A stretch of 64,000 nt of DNA from Antedon mediterranea (lineage: Eukaryota > Animalia > Echinodermata). This document shows, piece after piece, positions 36,871 through 56,673 of the stretch. The notes below the pieces were generated by a model, which was given only the letters and a program-made list of their open reading frames with translations, made no database searches and was not told where the DNA came from. Within the stretch, counting starts at the first letter, position 1. Every line of letters starts with the position of its first letter. Made by a program: the position numbers and the translations under genes. Where the stretch lies: contig NC_092671.1 in assembly GCF_964355755.1 (NCBI RefSeq), positions 25,866,070-25,930,069 on the forward strand, read 5' to 3'.

Positions 36871-37675
36871 CTAAAGCCTTGTTGGAATTTAAGGTACAGG
36901 TGAATCATTGAATTATCATATAATTTGCGGACCATGACCGAAGCACTTCCGCTTCGATCTATTCGACGAAAATAAAAAAAAGGATAACTATTTTCTGCTT
37001 TATACTTAATTTAATGTAATGGTGATCTAATAACAGGCGTAACAACACATAATACATATTGTAGTTGAATACTGGCTTAAATATTTTTGTTTTATATAAA
37101 CTGTATTCTAAAAAATAGTTCTTTTCTAATGAAGAATCTGGGAAGTTTACAATCAAGCAACAACACCACATTCTACGTGAATTCTGCTGTACGTGAACTA
37201 GCCTTAATACCGCCTGATTACGGTATATAGGCCTACAGTATTAGCTTCAGAATAAATGACGACGCATTTGTTGTACCTTGATAGACAGAGCCCCAAGCAG
37301 ACAGCCCACATTACAGATAATCTGTTCTGCAGCACAATACAACATTTAATTAATAATATACTGAAATAAATTCGAGAAAACATTAACTTATTGTGTTTTG
37401 TTTTATTTATTGATCGTTGTTTATCGTTTGTAAACCACAGAAAACCACAACTATAAAGAATAAAACATAAATTCACAAAATGTAACAAATTAATACAGTA
37501 TTTGCGAGTGCAATCATGAAACATTAATATTATAAGTACTTTATCGAAACATATAAAAATAATTGTGCAGATAATAGCACGTTGATATAAAATTCGTTCT
37601 ATTTACAAGGAATTCATTTAATATTTAAATTTATTTCAAACGAGTTTTATCCGGAAGATTCGGTAATTGAGTTGT

Positions 37676-37978
<303 letters not shown>

Positions 37979-38783
37979 CTAAAGCCTTGTTGGAATTTAA
38001 GGTACAGGTGAATCATTGAATTATCATATAATTTGCGGACCATGACCGAAGCACTTCCGCTTCGATCTATTCGACGAAAATAAAAAAAAGGATAACTATT
38101 TTCTGCTTTATACTTAATTTAATGTAATGGTGATCTAATAACAGGCGTAACAACACATAATACATATTGTAGTTGAATACTGGCTTAAATATTTTTGTTT
38201 TATATAAACTGTATTCTAAAAAATAGTTCTTTTCTAATGAAGAATCTGGGAAGTTTACAATCAAGCAACAACACCACATTCTACGTGAATTCTGCTGTAC
38301 GTGAACTAGCCTTAATACCGCCTGATTACGGTATATAGGCCTACAGTATTAGCTTCAGAATAAATGACGACGCATTTGTTGTACCTTGATAGACAGAGCC
38401 CCAAGCAGACAGCCCACATTACAGATAATCTGTTCTGCAGCACAATACAACATTTAATTAATAATATACTGAAATAAATTCGAGAAAACATTAACTTATT
38501 GTGTTTTGTTTTATTTATTGATCGTTGTTTATCGTTTGTAAACCACAGAAAACCACAACTATAAAGAATAAAACATAAATTCACAAAATGCAACAAATTA
38601 ATACAGTATTTGCGAGTGCAATCATGAAACATTAATATTATAAGTACTTTATCGAAACATATAAAAATAATTGTGCAGATAATAGCACGTTGATATAAAA
38701 TTCGTTCTATTTACAAGGAATTCATTTAATATTTAAATTTATTTCAAACGAGTTTTATCCGGAAGATTCGGTAATTGAGTTAT

Positions 38784-39086
<303 letters not shown>

Positions 39087-40805
39087 CTAAAGCCTTGTTG
39101 GAATTTAAGGTACAGGTGAATCATTGAATTATCATATAATTTGCGGACCATGACCGAAGCACTTCCGCTTCGATCTATTCGACGAAAATAAAAAAAAGGA
39201 TAACTATTTTCTGCTTTATACTTAATTTAATGTAATGGTGATCTAATAACAGGCGTAACAACACATAATACATATTGTAGTTGAATACTGGCTTAAATAT
39301 TTTTGTTTTATATAAACTGTATTCTAAAAAATAGTTCTTTTCTAATGAAGAATCTGGGAAGTTTACAATCAAGCAACAACACCACATTCTACGTGAATTC
39401 TGCTGTACGTGAACTAGCCTTAATACCGCCTGATTACGGTATATAGGCCTACAGTATTAGCTTCAGAATAAATGACGACGCATTTGTTGTACCTTGATAG
39501 ACAGAGCCCCAAGCAGACAGCCCACATTACAGATAATCTGTTCTGCAGCACAATACAACTGTACACGCGGTGATTCAACTAAAAGCAGTAAAAAGATTTT
39601 GGCACACAAGGCGTATCATATAATTTGCGGACCATGACCGAAGCACTTCCGCTTCGATCTATTCGACGAAAATCAAAAAAGGATAACTATTTTCTGCTTT
39701 ATACTTAATTTAATGTAATGGTGATCTAATAACAGGCGTAACAACACATAATACATATTGTAGTTTAATACTGGCTTAAATATTTTTGTTTTATATAAAC
39801 TGTATTCTAAAAAATGACAATTTAGAACTTAATTTTGCAATAGTACCTAATTTGGCGCCTTAAACGCCAAATTAAGTGCGGTACCTCATTTGGCAGTGGT
39901 ACCTCATTTGGCGTGACACTCCTACTGTTCTGTATCCCGTTTGTCTTAATTTCCAAGTAAAAATGAGGTACCACCACGTAACTCCTTATGATTAGGCCTA
40001 TTATCATAGAAGAGTACTATACGGACGTCGTACCTGGAAATCACGAGAATTCAGTGTTTGTTGACCAATCATTTTTTAAAGAGCCGTATCTGACCATTGC
40101 ATTGCCCTGTCTGTAAAATTACAGCAGGCCTACTTTATATTATTGTGTTTTCCCTGTTTATCGATACCATGAAGGAAAACGTTTTTGTTCAATCAGAAAA
40201 TTTTGCGAGATTTTTTTAATGGATATTATAATTTATAGTTACAGTTAGTCACCTGATTTTTGTGGCAAATCATTAATAGTTTTGACATTGTTAGGGTTAG
40301 GGACTATAAGACAGATTTTGGTTGCATGATTGTGGAAAACCATCAATGTGGGTTTTTCTTCATACAAGCTACAGCCAAAATATAATAGGGGTATATATTT
40401 TTTCAAAGTCATCGTCAAACTCTGAGAGTCAATACAGTATTTCAAACGCATTCTTTCACCTCTAATTGCTCACATTTAATTAATAATATACTGAAATAAA
40501 TTCGAGAAAACATTAACTTATTGTGTTTTGTTTTATTTATTGATCGTTGTTTATCGTTTGTAAACCACAGAAAACCACAACTATAAAGAATAAAACATAA
40601 ATTCACAAAATGCAACAAATTAATACAGTATTTGCGAGTGCAATCATGAAACATTAATATTATAAGTACTTTATCGAAACATATAAAAATAATTGTGCAG
40701 ATAATAGCACGTTGATATAAAATTCGTTCTATTTACAAGGAATTCATTTAATATTTAAATTTATTTCAAACGAGTTTTATCCGGAAGATTCGGTAATTGA
40801 GTTGT

Positions 40806-41108
<303 letters not shown>

Positions 41109-41913
41109 CTAAAGCCTTGTTGGAATTTAAGGTACAGGTGAATCATTGAATTATCATATAATTTGCGGACCATGACCGAAGCACTTCCGCTTCGATCTAT
41201 TCGACGAAAATAAAAAAAAGGATAACTATTTTCTGCTTTATACTTAATTTAATGTAATGGTGATCTAATAACAGGCGTAACAACACATAATACATATTGT
41301 AGTTGAATACTGGCTTAAATATTTTTGTTTTATATAAACTGTATTCTAAAAAATAGTTCTTTTCTAATGAAGAATCTGGGAAGTTTACAATCAAGCAACA
41401 ACACCACATTCTACGTGAATTCTGCTGTACGTGAACTAGCCTTAATACCGCCTGATTACGGTATATAGGCCTACAGTATTAGCTTCAGAATAAATGACGA
41501 CGCATTTGTTGTACCTTGATAGACAGAGCCCCAAGCAGACAGCCCACATTACAGATAATCTGTTCTGCAGCACAATACAACATTTAATTAATAATATACT
41601 GAAATAAATTCGAGAAAACATTAACTTATTGTGTTTTGTTTTATTTATTGATCGTTGTTTATCGTTTGTAAACCACAGAAAACCACAACTATAAAGAATA
41701 AAACATAAATTCACAAAATGTAACAAAATAATACAGTATTTGCGAGTGCAATCATGAAACATTAATATTATAAGTACTTTATCGAAACATATAAAAATAA
41801 TTGTGCAGATAATAGCACGTTGATATAAAATTCGTTCTATTTACAAGGAATTCATTTAATATTTAAATTTATTTCAAACGAGTTTTATCCGGAAGATTCG
41901 GTAATTGAGTTGT

Positions 41914-42216
<303 letters not shown>

Positions 42217-44969
42217 CTAAAGCCTTGTTGGAATTTAAGGTACAGGTGAATCATTGAATTATCATATAATTTGCGGACCATGACCGAAGCACTTCCGCTT
42301 CGATCTATTCGACGAAAATAAAAAAAAGGATAACTATTTTCTGCTTTATACTTAATTTAATGTAATGGTGATCTAATAACAGGCGTAACAACACATAATA
42401 CATATTGTAGTTGAATACTGGCTTAAATATTTTTGTTTTATATAAACTGTATTCTAAAAAATAGTTCTTTTCTAATGAAGAATCTGGGAAGTTTACAATC
42501 AAGCAACAACACCACATTCTACGTGAATTCTGCTGTACGTGAACTAGCCTTAATACCGCCTGATTACGGTATATAGGCCTACAGTATTAGCTTCAGAATA
42601 AATGACGACGCATTTGTTGTACCTTGATAGACAGAGCCCCAAGCAGACAGCCCACATTACAGATAATCTGTTCTGCAGCACAATACAACTGTACACGCGG
42701 TGATTCAACTAAAAGCAGTAAAAAGATTTTGGCACACAAGGCGTATCATATAATTTGCGGACCATGACCGAAGCACTTCCGCTTCGATCTATTCGACGAA
42801 AATAAAAAAAAGGATAACTATTTTCTGCTTTATACTTAATTTAATGTAATGGTGATCTAATAACAGGCGTAACAACACATAATACATATTGTAGTTGAAT
42901 ACTGGCTTAAATATTTTTGTTTTATATAAACTGTATTCTAAAAAATAGTTCTTTTCTAATGAAGAATCTGGGAAGTTTACAATCAAGCAACAACACCACA
43001 TTCTACGTGAATTCTGCTGTACGTGAACTAGCCTTAATACCGCCTGATTACGGTATATAGGCCTACAGTATTAGCTTCAGAATAAATGACGACGCATTTG
43101 TTGTACCTTGATAGACAGAGCCCCAAGCAGACAGCCCACATTACAGATAATCTGTTCTGCAGCACAATACAACTGTACACGCGGTGATTCAACTAAAAGC
43201 AGTAAAAAGATTTTGGCACACAAGGCGTATCATATAATTTGCGGACCATGACCGAAGCACTTCCGCTTCGATCTATTCGACGAAAATCAAAAAAGGATAA
43301 CTATTTTCTGCTTTATACTTAATTTAATGTAATGGTGATCTAATAACAGGCGTAACAACACATAATACATATTGTAGTTTATTACTGGCTTAAATATTTT
43401 TGTTTTATATAAACTGTATTCTAAAAAATGACAATTTAGAACTTAATTTTGCAATAGTACCTAATTTGGCGCCACGTAACTCCTTATGATTAGGCCTATT
43501 ATCATAGAAGAGTACTATACGGACGTCGTACCTGGAAATCTCGAGAATTCAGTGTTTGTTGACCAATCATTTTTTAAAGAGCCGTATCTGACCATTGCAT
43601 TGCCCTGTCTGTAAAATTACAGCAGGCCTACTTTATATTATTGTGTTTTCCCTGTTTATCGATACCATGAAGGAAAACGTTTTTGTTCAATCAGAAAATT
43701 TTGCGAGATTTTTTTAATGGATATTATAATTTATAGTTACAGTTAGTCACCTGATTTTTGTGGCAAATCATTAATAGTTTTGACATTGTTAGGGTTAGGG
43801 ACTATAAGACAGATTTTGGTTGCATGATTGTGGAAAACCATCAATGTGGGTTTTTCTTCATACAAGCTACAGCCAAAATATAATAGGGGTATATATTTTT
43901 TCAAAGTCATCGTCAAACTCTGAGAGTCAATACAGTATTTCAAACGCATTCTTTCACCTCTAATTGCTCACATTTAATTAATAATATACTGAAATAAATT
44001 CGAGAAAACATTAACTTATTGTGTTTTGTTTTATTTATTGATCGTTGTTTATCGTTTGTAAACCACAGAAAACCACAACTATAAAGAATAAAACATAAAT
44101 TCACAAAATGCAACAAATTAATACAGTATTTGCGAGTGCAATCATGAAACATTAATATTATAAGTACTTTATCGAAACATATTTAAGGTACAGGTGAATC
44201 ATTGAATTATCATATAATTTGCGGACCATGACCGAAGCACTTCCGCTTCGATCTATTCGACGAAAATAAAAAAAAGGATAACTATTTTCTGCTTTATACT
44301 TAATTTAATGTAATGGTGATCTAATAACAGGCGTAACAACACATAATACATATTGTAGTTGAATACTGGCTTAAATATTTTTGTTTTATATAAACTGTAT
44401 TCTAAAAAATAGTTCTTTTCTAATGAAGAATCTGGGAAGTTTACAATCAAGCAACAACACCACATTCTACGTGAATTCTGCTGTACGTGAACTAGCCTTA
44501 ATACCGCCTGATTACGGTATATAGGCCTACAGTATTAGCTTCAGAATAAATGACGACGCATTTGTTGTACCTTGATAGACAGAGCCCCAAGCAGACAGCC
44601 CACATTACAGATAATCTGTTCTGCAGCACAATACAACATTTAATTAATAATATACTGAAATAAATTCGAGAAAACATTAACTTATTGTGTTTTGTTTTAT
44701 TTATTGATCGTTGTTTATCGTTTGTAAACCACAGAAAACCACAACTATAAAGAATAAAACATAAATTCACAAAATGTAACAAATTAATACAGTATTTGCG
44801 AGTGCAATCATGAAACATTAATATTATAAGTACTTTATCGAAACATATAAAAATAATTGTGCAGATAATAGCACGTTGATATAAAATTCGTTCTATTTAC
44901 AAGGAATTCATTTAATATTTAAATTTATTTCAAACGAGTTTTATCCGGAAGATTCGGTAATTGAGTTGT

Positions 44970-45272
<303 letters not shown>

Positions 45273-48200
45273 CTAAAGCCTTGTTGGAATTTAAGGTACA
45301 GGTGAATCATTGAATTATCATATAATTTGCGGACCATGACCGAAGCACTTCCGCTTCGATCTATTCGACGAAAATAAAAAAAAGGATAACTATTTTCTGC
45401 TTTATACTTAATTTAATGTAATGGTGATCTAATAACAGGCGTAACAACACATAATACATATTGTAGTTGAATACTGGCTTAAATATTTTTGTTTTATATA
45501 AACTGTATTCTAAAAAATAGTTCTTTTCTAATGAAGAATCTGGGAAGTTTACAATCAAGCAACAACACCACATTCTACGTGAATTCTGCTGTACGTGAAC
45601 TAGCCTTAATACCGCCTGATTACGGTATATAGGCCTACAGTATTAGCTTCAGAATAAATGACGACGCATTTGTTGTACCTTGATAGACAGAGCCCCAAGC
45701 AGACAGCCCACATTACAGATAATCTGTTCTGCAGCACAATACAACTGTACACGCGGTGATTCAACTAAAAGCAGTAAAAAGATTTTGGCACACAAGGCGT
45801 ATCATATAATTTGCGGACCATGACCGAAGCACTTCCGCTTCGATCTATTCGACGAAAATAAAAAAAAGGATAACTATTTTCTGCTTTATACTTAATTTAA
45901 TGTAATGGTGATCTAATAACAGGCGTAACAACACATAATACATATTGTAGTTGAATACTGGCTTAAATATTTTTGTTTTATATAAACTGTATTCTAAAAA
46001 ATAGTTCTTTTCTAATGAAGAATCTGGGAAGTTTACAATCAAGCAACAACACCACATTCTACGTGAATTCTGCTGTACGTGAACTAGCCTTAATACCGCC
46101 TGATTACGGTATATAGGCCTACAGTATTAGCTTCAGAATAAATGACGACGCATTTGTTGTACCTTGATAGACAGAGCCCCAAGCAGACAGCCCACATTAC
46201 AGATAATCTGTTCTGCAGCACAATACAACTGTACACGCGGTGATTCAACTAAAAGCAGTAAAAAGATTTTGGCACACAAGGCGTATCATATAATTTGCGG
46301 ACCATGACCGAAGCACTTCCGCTTCGATCTATTCGACGAAAATCAAAAAAGGATAACTATTTTCTGCTTTATACTTAATTTAATGTAATGGTGATCTAAT
46401 AACAGGCGTAACAACACATAATACATATTGTAGTTTATTACTGGCTTAAATATTTTTGTTTTATATAAACTGTATTCTAAAAAATGACAATTTAGAACTT
46501 AATTTTGCAATAGTACCTAATTTGGCGCCACGTAACTCCTTATGATTAGGCCTATTATCATAGAAGAGTACTATACGGACGTCGTACCTGGAAATCACGA
46601 GAATTCAGTGTTTGTTGACCAATCATTTTTTAAAGAGCCGTATCTGACCATTGCATTGCCCTGTCTGTAAAATTACAGCAGGCCTACTTTATATTATTGT
46701 GTTTTCCCTGTTTATCGATACCATGAAGGAAAACGTTTTTGTTCAATCAGAAAATTTTGCGAGATTTTTTTAATGGATATTATAATTTATAGTTACAGTT
46801 AGTCACCTGATTTTTGTGGCAAATCATTAATAGTTTTGACATTGTTAGGGTTAGGGACTATAAGACAGATTTTGGTTGCATGATTGTGGAAAACCATCAA
46901 TGTGGGTTTTTCTTCATACAAGCTACAGCCAAAATATAATAGGGGTATATATTTTTTCAAAGTCATCGTCAAACTCTGAGAGTCAATACAGTATTTCAAA
47001 CGCATTCTTTCACCTCTAATTGCTCACATTTAATTAATAATATACTGAAATAAATTCGAGAAAACATTAACTTATTGTGTTTTGTTTTATTTATTGATCG
47101 TTGTTTATCGTTTGTAAACCACAGAAAACCACAACTATAAAGAATAAAACATAAATTCACAAAATGCAACAAATTAATACAGTATTTGCGAGTGCAATCA
47201 TGAAACATTAATATTATAAGTACTTTATCGAAACATATTTAAGGTACAGGTGAATCATTGAATTATCATATAATTTGCGGACCATGACCGAAGCACTTCC
47301 GCTTCGATCTATTCGACGAAAATAAAAAAAAGGATAACTATTTTCTGCTTTATACTTAATTTAATGTAATGGTGATCTAATAACAGGCGTAACAACACAT
47401 AATACATATTGTAGTTGAATACTGGCTTAAATATTTTTGTTTTATATAAACTGTATTCTAAAAAATAGTTCTTTTCTAATGAAGAATCTGGGAAGTTTAC
47501 AATCAAGCAACAACACCACATTCTACGTGAATTCTGCTGTACGTGAACTAGCCTTAATACCGCCTGATTACGGTATATAGGCCTACAGTATTAGCTTCAG
47601 AATAAATGACGACGCATTTGTTGTACCTTGATAGACAGAGCCCCAAGCAGACAGCCCACATTACAGATAATCTGTTCTGCAGCACAATACAACTGTACAC
47701 GCGGTGATTCAACTAAAAGCAGTAAAAAGATTTTGGCACACAAGGCGTATCATATAATTTGCGGACCATGACCGAAGCACTTCCGCTTCGATCTATTCGA
47801 CGAAAATCAAAAAAGGATAACTATTTTCTGCTTTATACTTAATTTAATGTAATGGTGATCTAATAACAGGCGTAACAACACATAATACATATTGTAGTTT
47901 AATACTGGCTTAAATATTTTTGTTTTATATAAACTGTATTCTAAAAAATGACAATTTAGAACTTAATTTTGCAATAGTACCTAATTTGGCGCCTTAAACG
48001 CCAAATTAAGTGCGGTACCTCATTTGGCAGTGGTACCTCATTTGGCGTGACACTCCTACTGTTCTGTATCCCGTTTGTCTTAATTTCCAAGTAAAAATGA
48101 GGTACCACCACGTAACTCCTTATGATTAGGCCTATTATCATAGAAGAGTACTATACGGACGTCGTACCTGGAAATCACGAGAATTCAGTGTTTGTTGACC

Positions 48201-48939
48201 AATCATTTTTTAAAGAGCCGTATCTGACCATTGCATTGCCCTGTCTGTAAAATTACAGCAGGCCTACTTTATATTATTGTGTTTTCCCTGTTTATCGATA
48301 CCATGAAGGAAAACGTTTTTGTTCAATCAGAAAATTTTGCGAGATTTTTTTAATGGATATTATAATTTATAGTTACAGTTAGTCACCTGATTTTTGTGGC
48401 AAATCATTAATAGTTTTGACATTGTTAGGGTTAGGGACTATAAGACAGATTTTGGTTGCATGATTGTGGAAAACCATCAATGTGGGTTTTTCTTCATACA
48501 AGCTACAGCCAAAATATAATAGGGGTATATATTTTTTCAAAGTCATCGTCAAACTCTGAGAGTCAATACAGTATTTCAAACGCATTCTTTCACCTCTAAT
48601 TGCTCACATTTAATTAATAATATACTGAAATAAATTCGAGAAAACATTAACTTATTGTGTTTTGTTTTATTTATTGATCGTTGTTTATCGTTTGTAAACC
48701 ACAGAAAACCACAACTATAAAGAATAAAACATAAATTCACAAAATGCAACAAATTAATACAGTATTTGCGAGTGCAATCATGAAACATTAATATTATAAG
48801 TACTTTATCGAAACATATAAAAATAATTGTGCAGATAATAGCACGTTGATATAAAATTCGTTCTATTTACAAGGAATTCATTTAATATTTAAATTTATTT
48901 CAAACGAGTTTTATCCGGAAGATTCGGTAATTGAGTTGT

Positions 48940-49815
<876 letters not shown>

Positions 49816-50620
49816 CTAAAGCCTTGTTGGAATTTAAGGTACAGGTGAATCATTGAATTATCATATAATTTGCGGACCATGACCGAAGCACTTCCGCTTC
49901 GATCTATTCGACGAAAATAAAAAAAGGATAACTATTTTCTGCTTTATACTTAATTTAATGTAATGGTGATCTAATAACAGGCGTAACAACACATAATACA
50001 TATTGTAGTTTAATACTGGCTTAAATATTTTTGTTTTATATAAACTGTATTCTAAAAAATAGTTCTTTTCTAATGAAGAATCTGGGAAGTTTACAATCAA
50101 GCAACAACACCACATTCTACGTGAATTCTGCTGTACGTGAACTAGCCTTAATACCGCCTGATTACGGTATATAGGCCTATCAGTATTAGCTTCAGAATAA
50201 ATGACGACGCATTTGTTGTACCTTGATAGACAGAGCCCCAAGCAGACAGCCCACATTACAGATAATCTGTTCTGCAGCACAATACAACATTTAATTAATA
50301 ATATACTGAAATAAATTCGAGAAAACATTAACTTATTGTGTTTTGTTTTATTTATTGATCGTTGTTTATCGTTTGTAAACCACAGAAAACCACAACTATA
50401 AAGAATAAAACATAAATTCACAAAATGTAACAAATTAATACAGTATTTGCGAGTGCAATTATGAAACATTAATATTATAAGTACTTTATCGAAACATATA
50501 AAAATAATTGTGCAGATAATAGCACGTTGATATAAAATTCGTTCTATTTACAAGGAATTCATTTAATATTTAAATTTATTTCAAACGAGTTTTATCCGGA
50601 AGATTCGGTAATTGAGTTGT

Positions 50621-50956
<336 letters not shown>

Positions 50957-52643
50957 TCATTGAATTATCATATAATTTGCGGACCATGACCGAAGCACTT
51001 CCGCTTCGATCTATTCGACGAAAATAAAAAAAAAGGATAACTATTTTCTGCTTTATACTTAATTTAATGTAATGGTGATCTAATAACAGGCGTAACAACA
51101 CATAATACATATTGTAGTTGAATACTGGCTTAAATATTTTTGTTTTATATAAACTGTATTCTAAAAAATAGTTCTTTTCTAATGAAGAATCTGGGAAGTT
51201 TACAATCAAGCAACAACACCACATTCTACGTGAATTCTGCTGTACGTGAACTAGCCTTAATACCGCCTGATTACGGTATATAGGCCTATCAGTATTAGCT
51301 TCAGAATAAATGACGACGCATTTGTTGTACCTTGATAGACAGAGCCCCAAGCAGACAGCCCACATTACAGATAATCTGTTCTGCAGCACAATACAACTGT
51401 ACACGCGGTGATTCAACTAAAAGCAGTAAAAAGATTTTGGCACACAAGGCGTATCATATAATTTGCGGACCATGACCGAAGCACTTCCGCTTCGATCTAT
51501 TCGACGAAAATCAAAAAAGGATAACTATTTTCTGCTTTATACTTAATTTAATGTAATGGTGATCTAATAACAGGCGTAACAACACATAATACATATTGTA
51601 GTTTAATACTGGCTTAAATATTTTTGTTTTATATAAACTGTATTCTAAAAAATGACAATTTAGAACTTAATTTTGCAATAGTACCTAATTTGGCGCCTTA
51701 AACGCCAAATTAAGTGCGGTACCTCATTTGGCAGTGGTACCTCATTTGGCGTGACACTCCTACTGTTCTGTATCCCGTTTGTCTTAATTTCCAAGTAAAA
51801 ATGAGGTACCACCACGTAACTCCTTATGATTAGGCCTATTATCATAGAAGAGTACTATACGGACGTCGTACCTGGAAATCACGAGAATTCAGTGTTTGTT
51901 GACCAATCATTTTTTAAAGAGCCGTATCTGACCATTGCATTGCCCTGTCTGTAAAATTACAGCAGGCCTACTTTATATTATTGTGTTTTCCCTGTTTATC
52001 GATACCATGAAGGAAAACGTTTTTGTTCAATCAGAAAATTTTGCGAGATTTTTTTAATGGATATTATAATTTATAGTTACAGTTAGTCACCTGATTTTTG
52101 TGGCAAATCATTAATAGTTTTGACATTGTTAGGGTTAGGGACTATAAGACAGATTTTGGTTGCATGATTGTGGAAAACCATCAATGTGGGTTTTTCTTCA
52201 TACAAGCTACAGCCAAAATATAATAGGGGTATATATTTTTTCAAAGTCATCGTCAAACTCTGAGAGTCAATACAGTATTTCAAACGCATTCTTTCACCTC
52301 TAATTGCTCACATTTAATTAATAATATACTGAAATAAATTCGAGAAAACATTAACTTATTGTGTTTTGTTTTATTTATTGATCGTTGTTTATCGTTTGTA
52401 AACCACAGAAAACCACAACTATAAAGAATAAAACATAAATTCACAAAATGCAACAAATTAATACAGTATTTGCGAGTGCAATCATGAAACATTAATATTA
52501 TAAGTACTTTATCGAAACATATAAAAATAATTGTGCAGATAATAGCACGTTGATATAAAATTCGTTCTATTTACAAGGAATTCATTTAATATTTAAATTT
52601 ATTTCAAACGAGTTTTATCCGGAAGATTCGGTAATTGAGTTGT

Positions 52644-53519
<876 letters not shown>

Positions 53520-54324
53520 CTAAAGCCTTGTTGGAATTTAAGGTACAGGTGAATCATTGAATTATCATATAATTTGCGGACCATGACCGAAGCACTTCCG
53601 CTTCGATCTATTCGACGAAAATAAAAAAAGGATAACTATTTTCTGCTTTATACTTAATTTAATGTAATGGTGATCTAATAACAGGCGTAACAACACATAA
53701 TACATATTGTAGTTTAATACTGGCTTAAATATTTTTGTTTTATATAAACTGTATTCTAAAAAATAGTTCTTTTCTAATGAAGAATCTGGGAAGTTTACAA
53801 TCAAGCAACAACACCACATTCTACGTGAATTCTGCTGTACGTGAACTAGCCTTAATACCGCCTGATTACGGTATATAGGCCTATCAGTATTAGCTTCAGA
53901 ATAAATGACGACGCATTTGTTGTACCTTGATAGACAGAGCCCCAAGCAGACAGCCCACATTACAGATAATCTGTTCTGCAGCACAATACAACATTTAATT
54001 AATAATATACTGAAATAAATTCGAGAAAACATTAACTTATTGTGTTTTGTTTTATTTATTGATCGTTGTTTATCGTTTGTAAACCACAGAAAACCACAAC
54101 TATAAAGAATAAAACATAAATTCACAAAATGTAACAAATTAATACAGTATTTGCGAGTGCAATCATGAAACATTAATATTATAAGTACTTTATCGAAACA
54201 TATAAAAATAATTGTGCAGATAATAGCACGTTGATATAAAATTCGTTCTATTTACAAGGAATTCATTTAATATTTAAATTTATTTCAAACGAGTTTTATC
54301 CGGAAGATTCGGTAATTGAGTTGT

Positions 54325-54660
<336 letters not shown>

Positions 54661-56337
54661 TCATTGAATTATCATATAATTTGCGGACCATGACCGAAGC
54701 ACTTCCGCTTCGATCTATTCGACGAAAATAAAAAAAAAGGATAACTATTTTCTGCTTTATACTTAATTTAATGTAATGGTGATCTAATAACAGGCGTAAC
54801 AACACATAATACATATTGTAGTTGAATACTGGCTTAAATATTTTTGTTTTATATAAACTGTATTCTAAAAAATAGTTCTTTTCTAATGAAGAATCTGGGA
54901 AGTTTACAATCAAGCAACAACACCACATTCTACGTGAATTCTGCTGTACGTGAACTAGCCTTAATACCGCCTGATTACGGTATATAGGCCTATCAGTATT
55001 AGCTTCAGAATAAATGACGACGCATTTGTTGTACCTTGATAGACAGAGCCCCAAGCAGACAGCCCACATTACAGATAATCTGTTCTGCAGCACAATACAA
55101 CTGTACACGCGGTGATTCAACTAAAAGCAGTAAAAAGATTTTGGCACACAAGGCGTATCATATAATTTGCGGACCATGACCGAAGCACTTCCGCTTCGAT
55201 CTATTCGACGAAAATCAAAAAAGGATAACTATTTTCTGCTTTATACTTAATTTAATGTAATGGTGATCTAATAACAGGCGTAACAACACATAATACATAT
55301 TGTAGTTTAATACTGGCTTAAATATTTTTGTTTTATATAAACTGTATTCTAAAAAATGACAATTTAGAACTTAATTTTGCAATAGTACCTAATTTGGCGC
55401 CTTAAACGCCAAATTAAGTGCGGTACCTCATTTGGCAGTGGTACCTCATTTGGCGTGACACTCCTACTGTTCTGTATCCCGTTTGTCTTAATTTCCAAGT
55501 AAAAATGAGGTACCACCACGTAACTCCTTATGATTAGGCCTATTATCATAGAAGAGTACTATACGGACGTCGTACCTGGAAATCACGAGAATTCAGTGTT
55601 TGTTGACCAATCATTTTTTAAAGAGCCGTATCTGACCATTGCATTGCCCTGTCTGTAAAATTACAGCAGGCCTACTTTATATTATTGTGTTTTCCCTGTT
55701 TATCGATACCATGAAGGAAAACGTTTTTGTTCAATCAGAAAATTTTGCGAGATTTTTTTAATGGATATTATAATTTATAGTTACAGTTAGTCACCTGATT
55801 TTTGTGGCAAATCATTAATAGTTTTGACATTGTTAGGGTTAGGGACTATAAGACAGATTTTGGTTGCATGATTGTGGAAAACCATCAATGTGGGTTTTTC
55901 TTCATACAAGCTACAGCCAAAATATAATAGGGGTATATATTTTTTCAAAGTCATCGTCAAACTCTGAGAGTCAATACAGTATTTCAAACGCATTCTTTCA
56001 CCTCTAATTGCTCACATTTAATTAATAATATACTGAAATAAATTCGAGAAAACATTAACTTATTGTGTTTTGTTTTATTTATTGATCGTTGTTTATCGTT
56101 TGTAAACCACAACTATAAAGAATAAAACATAAATTCACAAAATGCAACAAATTAATACAGTATTTGCTAGTGCAATCATGAAACATTAATATTATAAGTA
56201 CTTTATCGAAACATATAAAAATAATTGTGCAGATAATAGCACGTTGATATAAAATTCGTTCTATTTACAAGGAATTCATTTAATATTTAAATTTATTTCA
56301 AACGAGTTTTATCCGGAAGATTCGGTAATTGAGTTGT

Positions 56338-56673
<336 letters not shown>
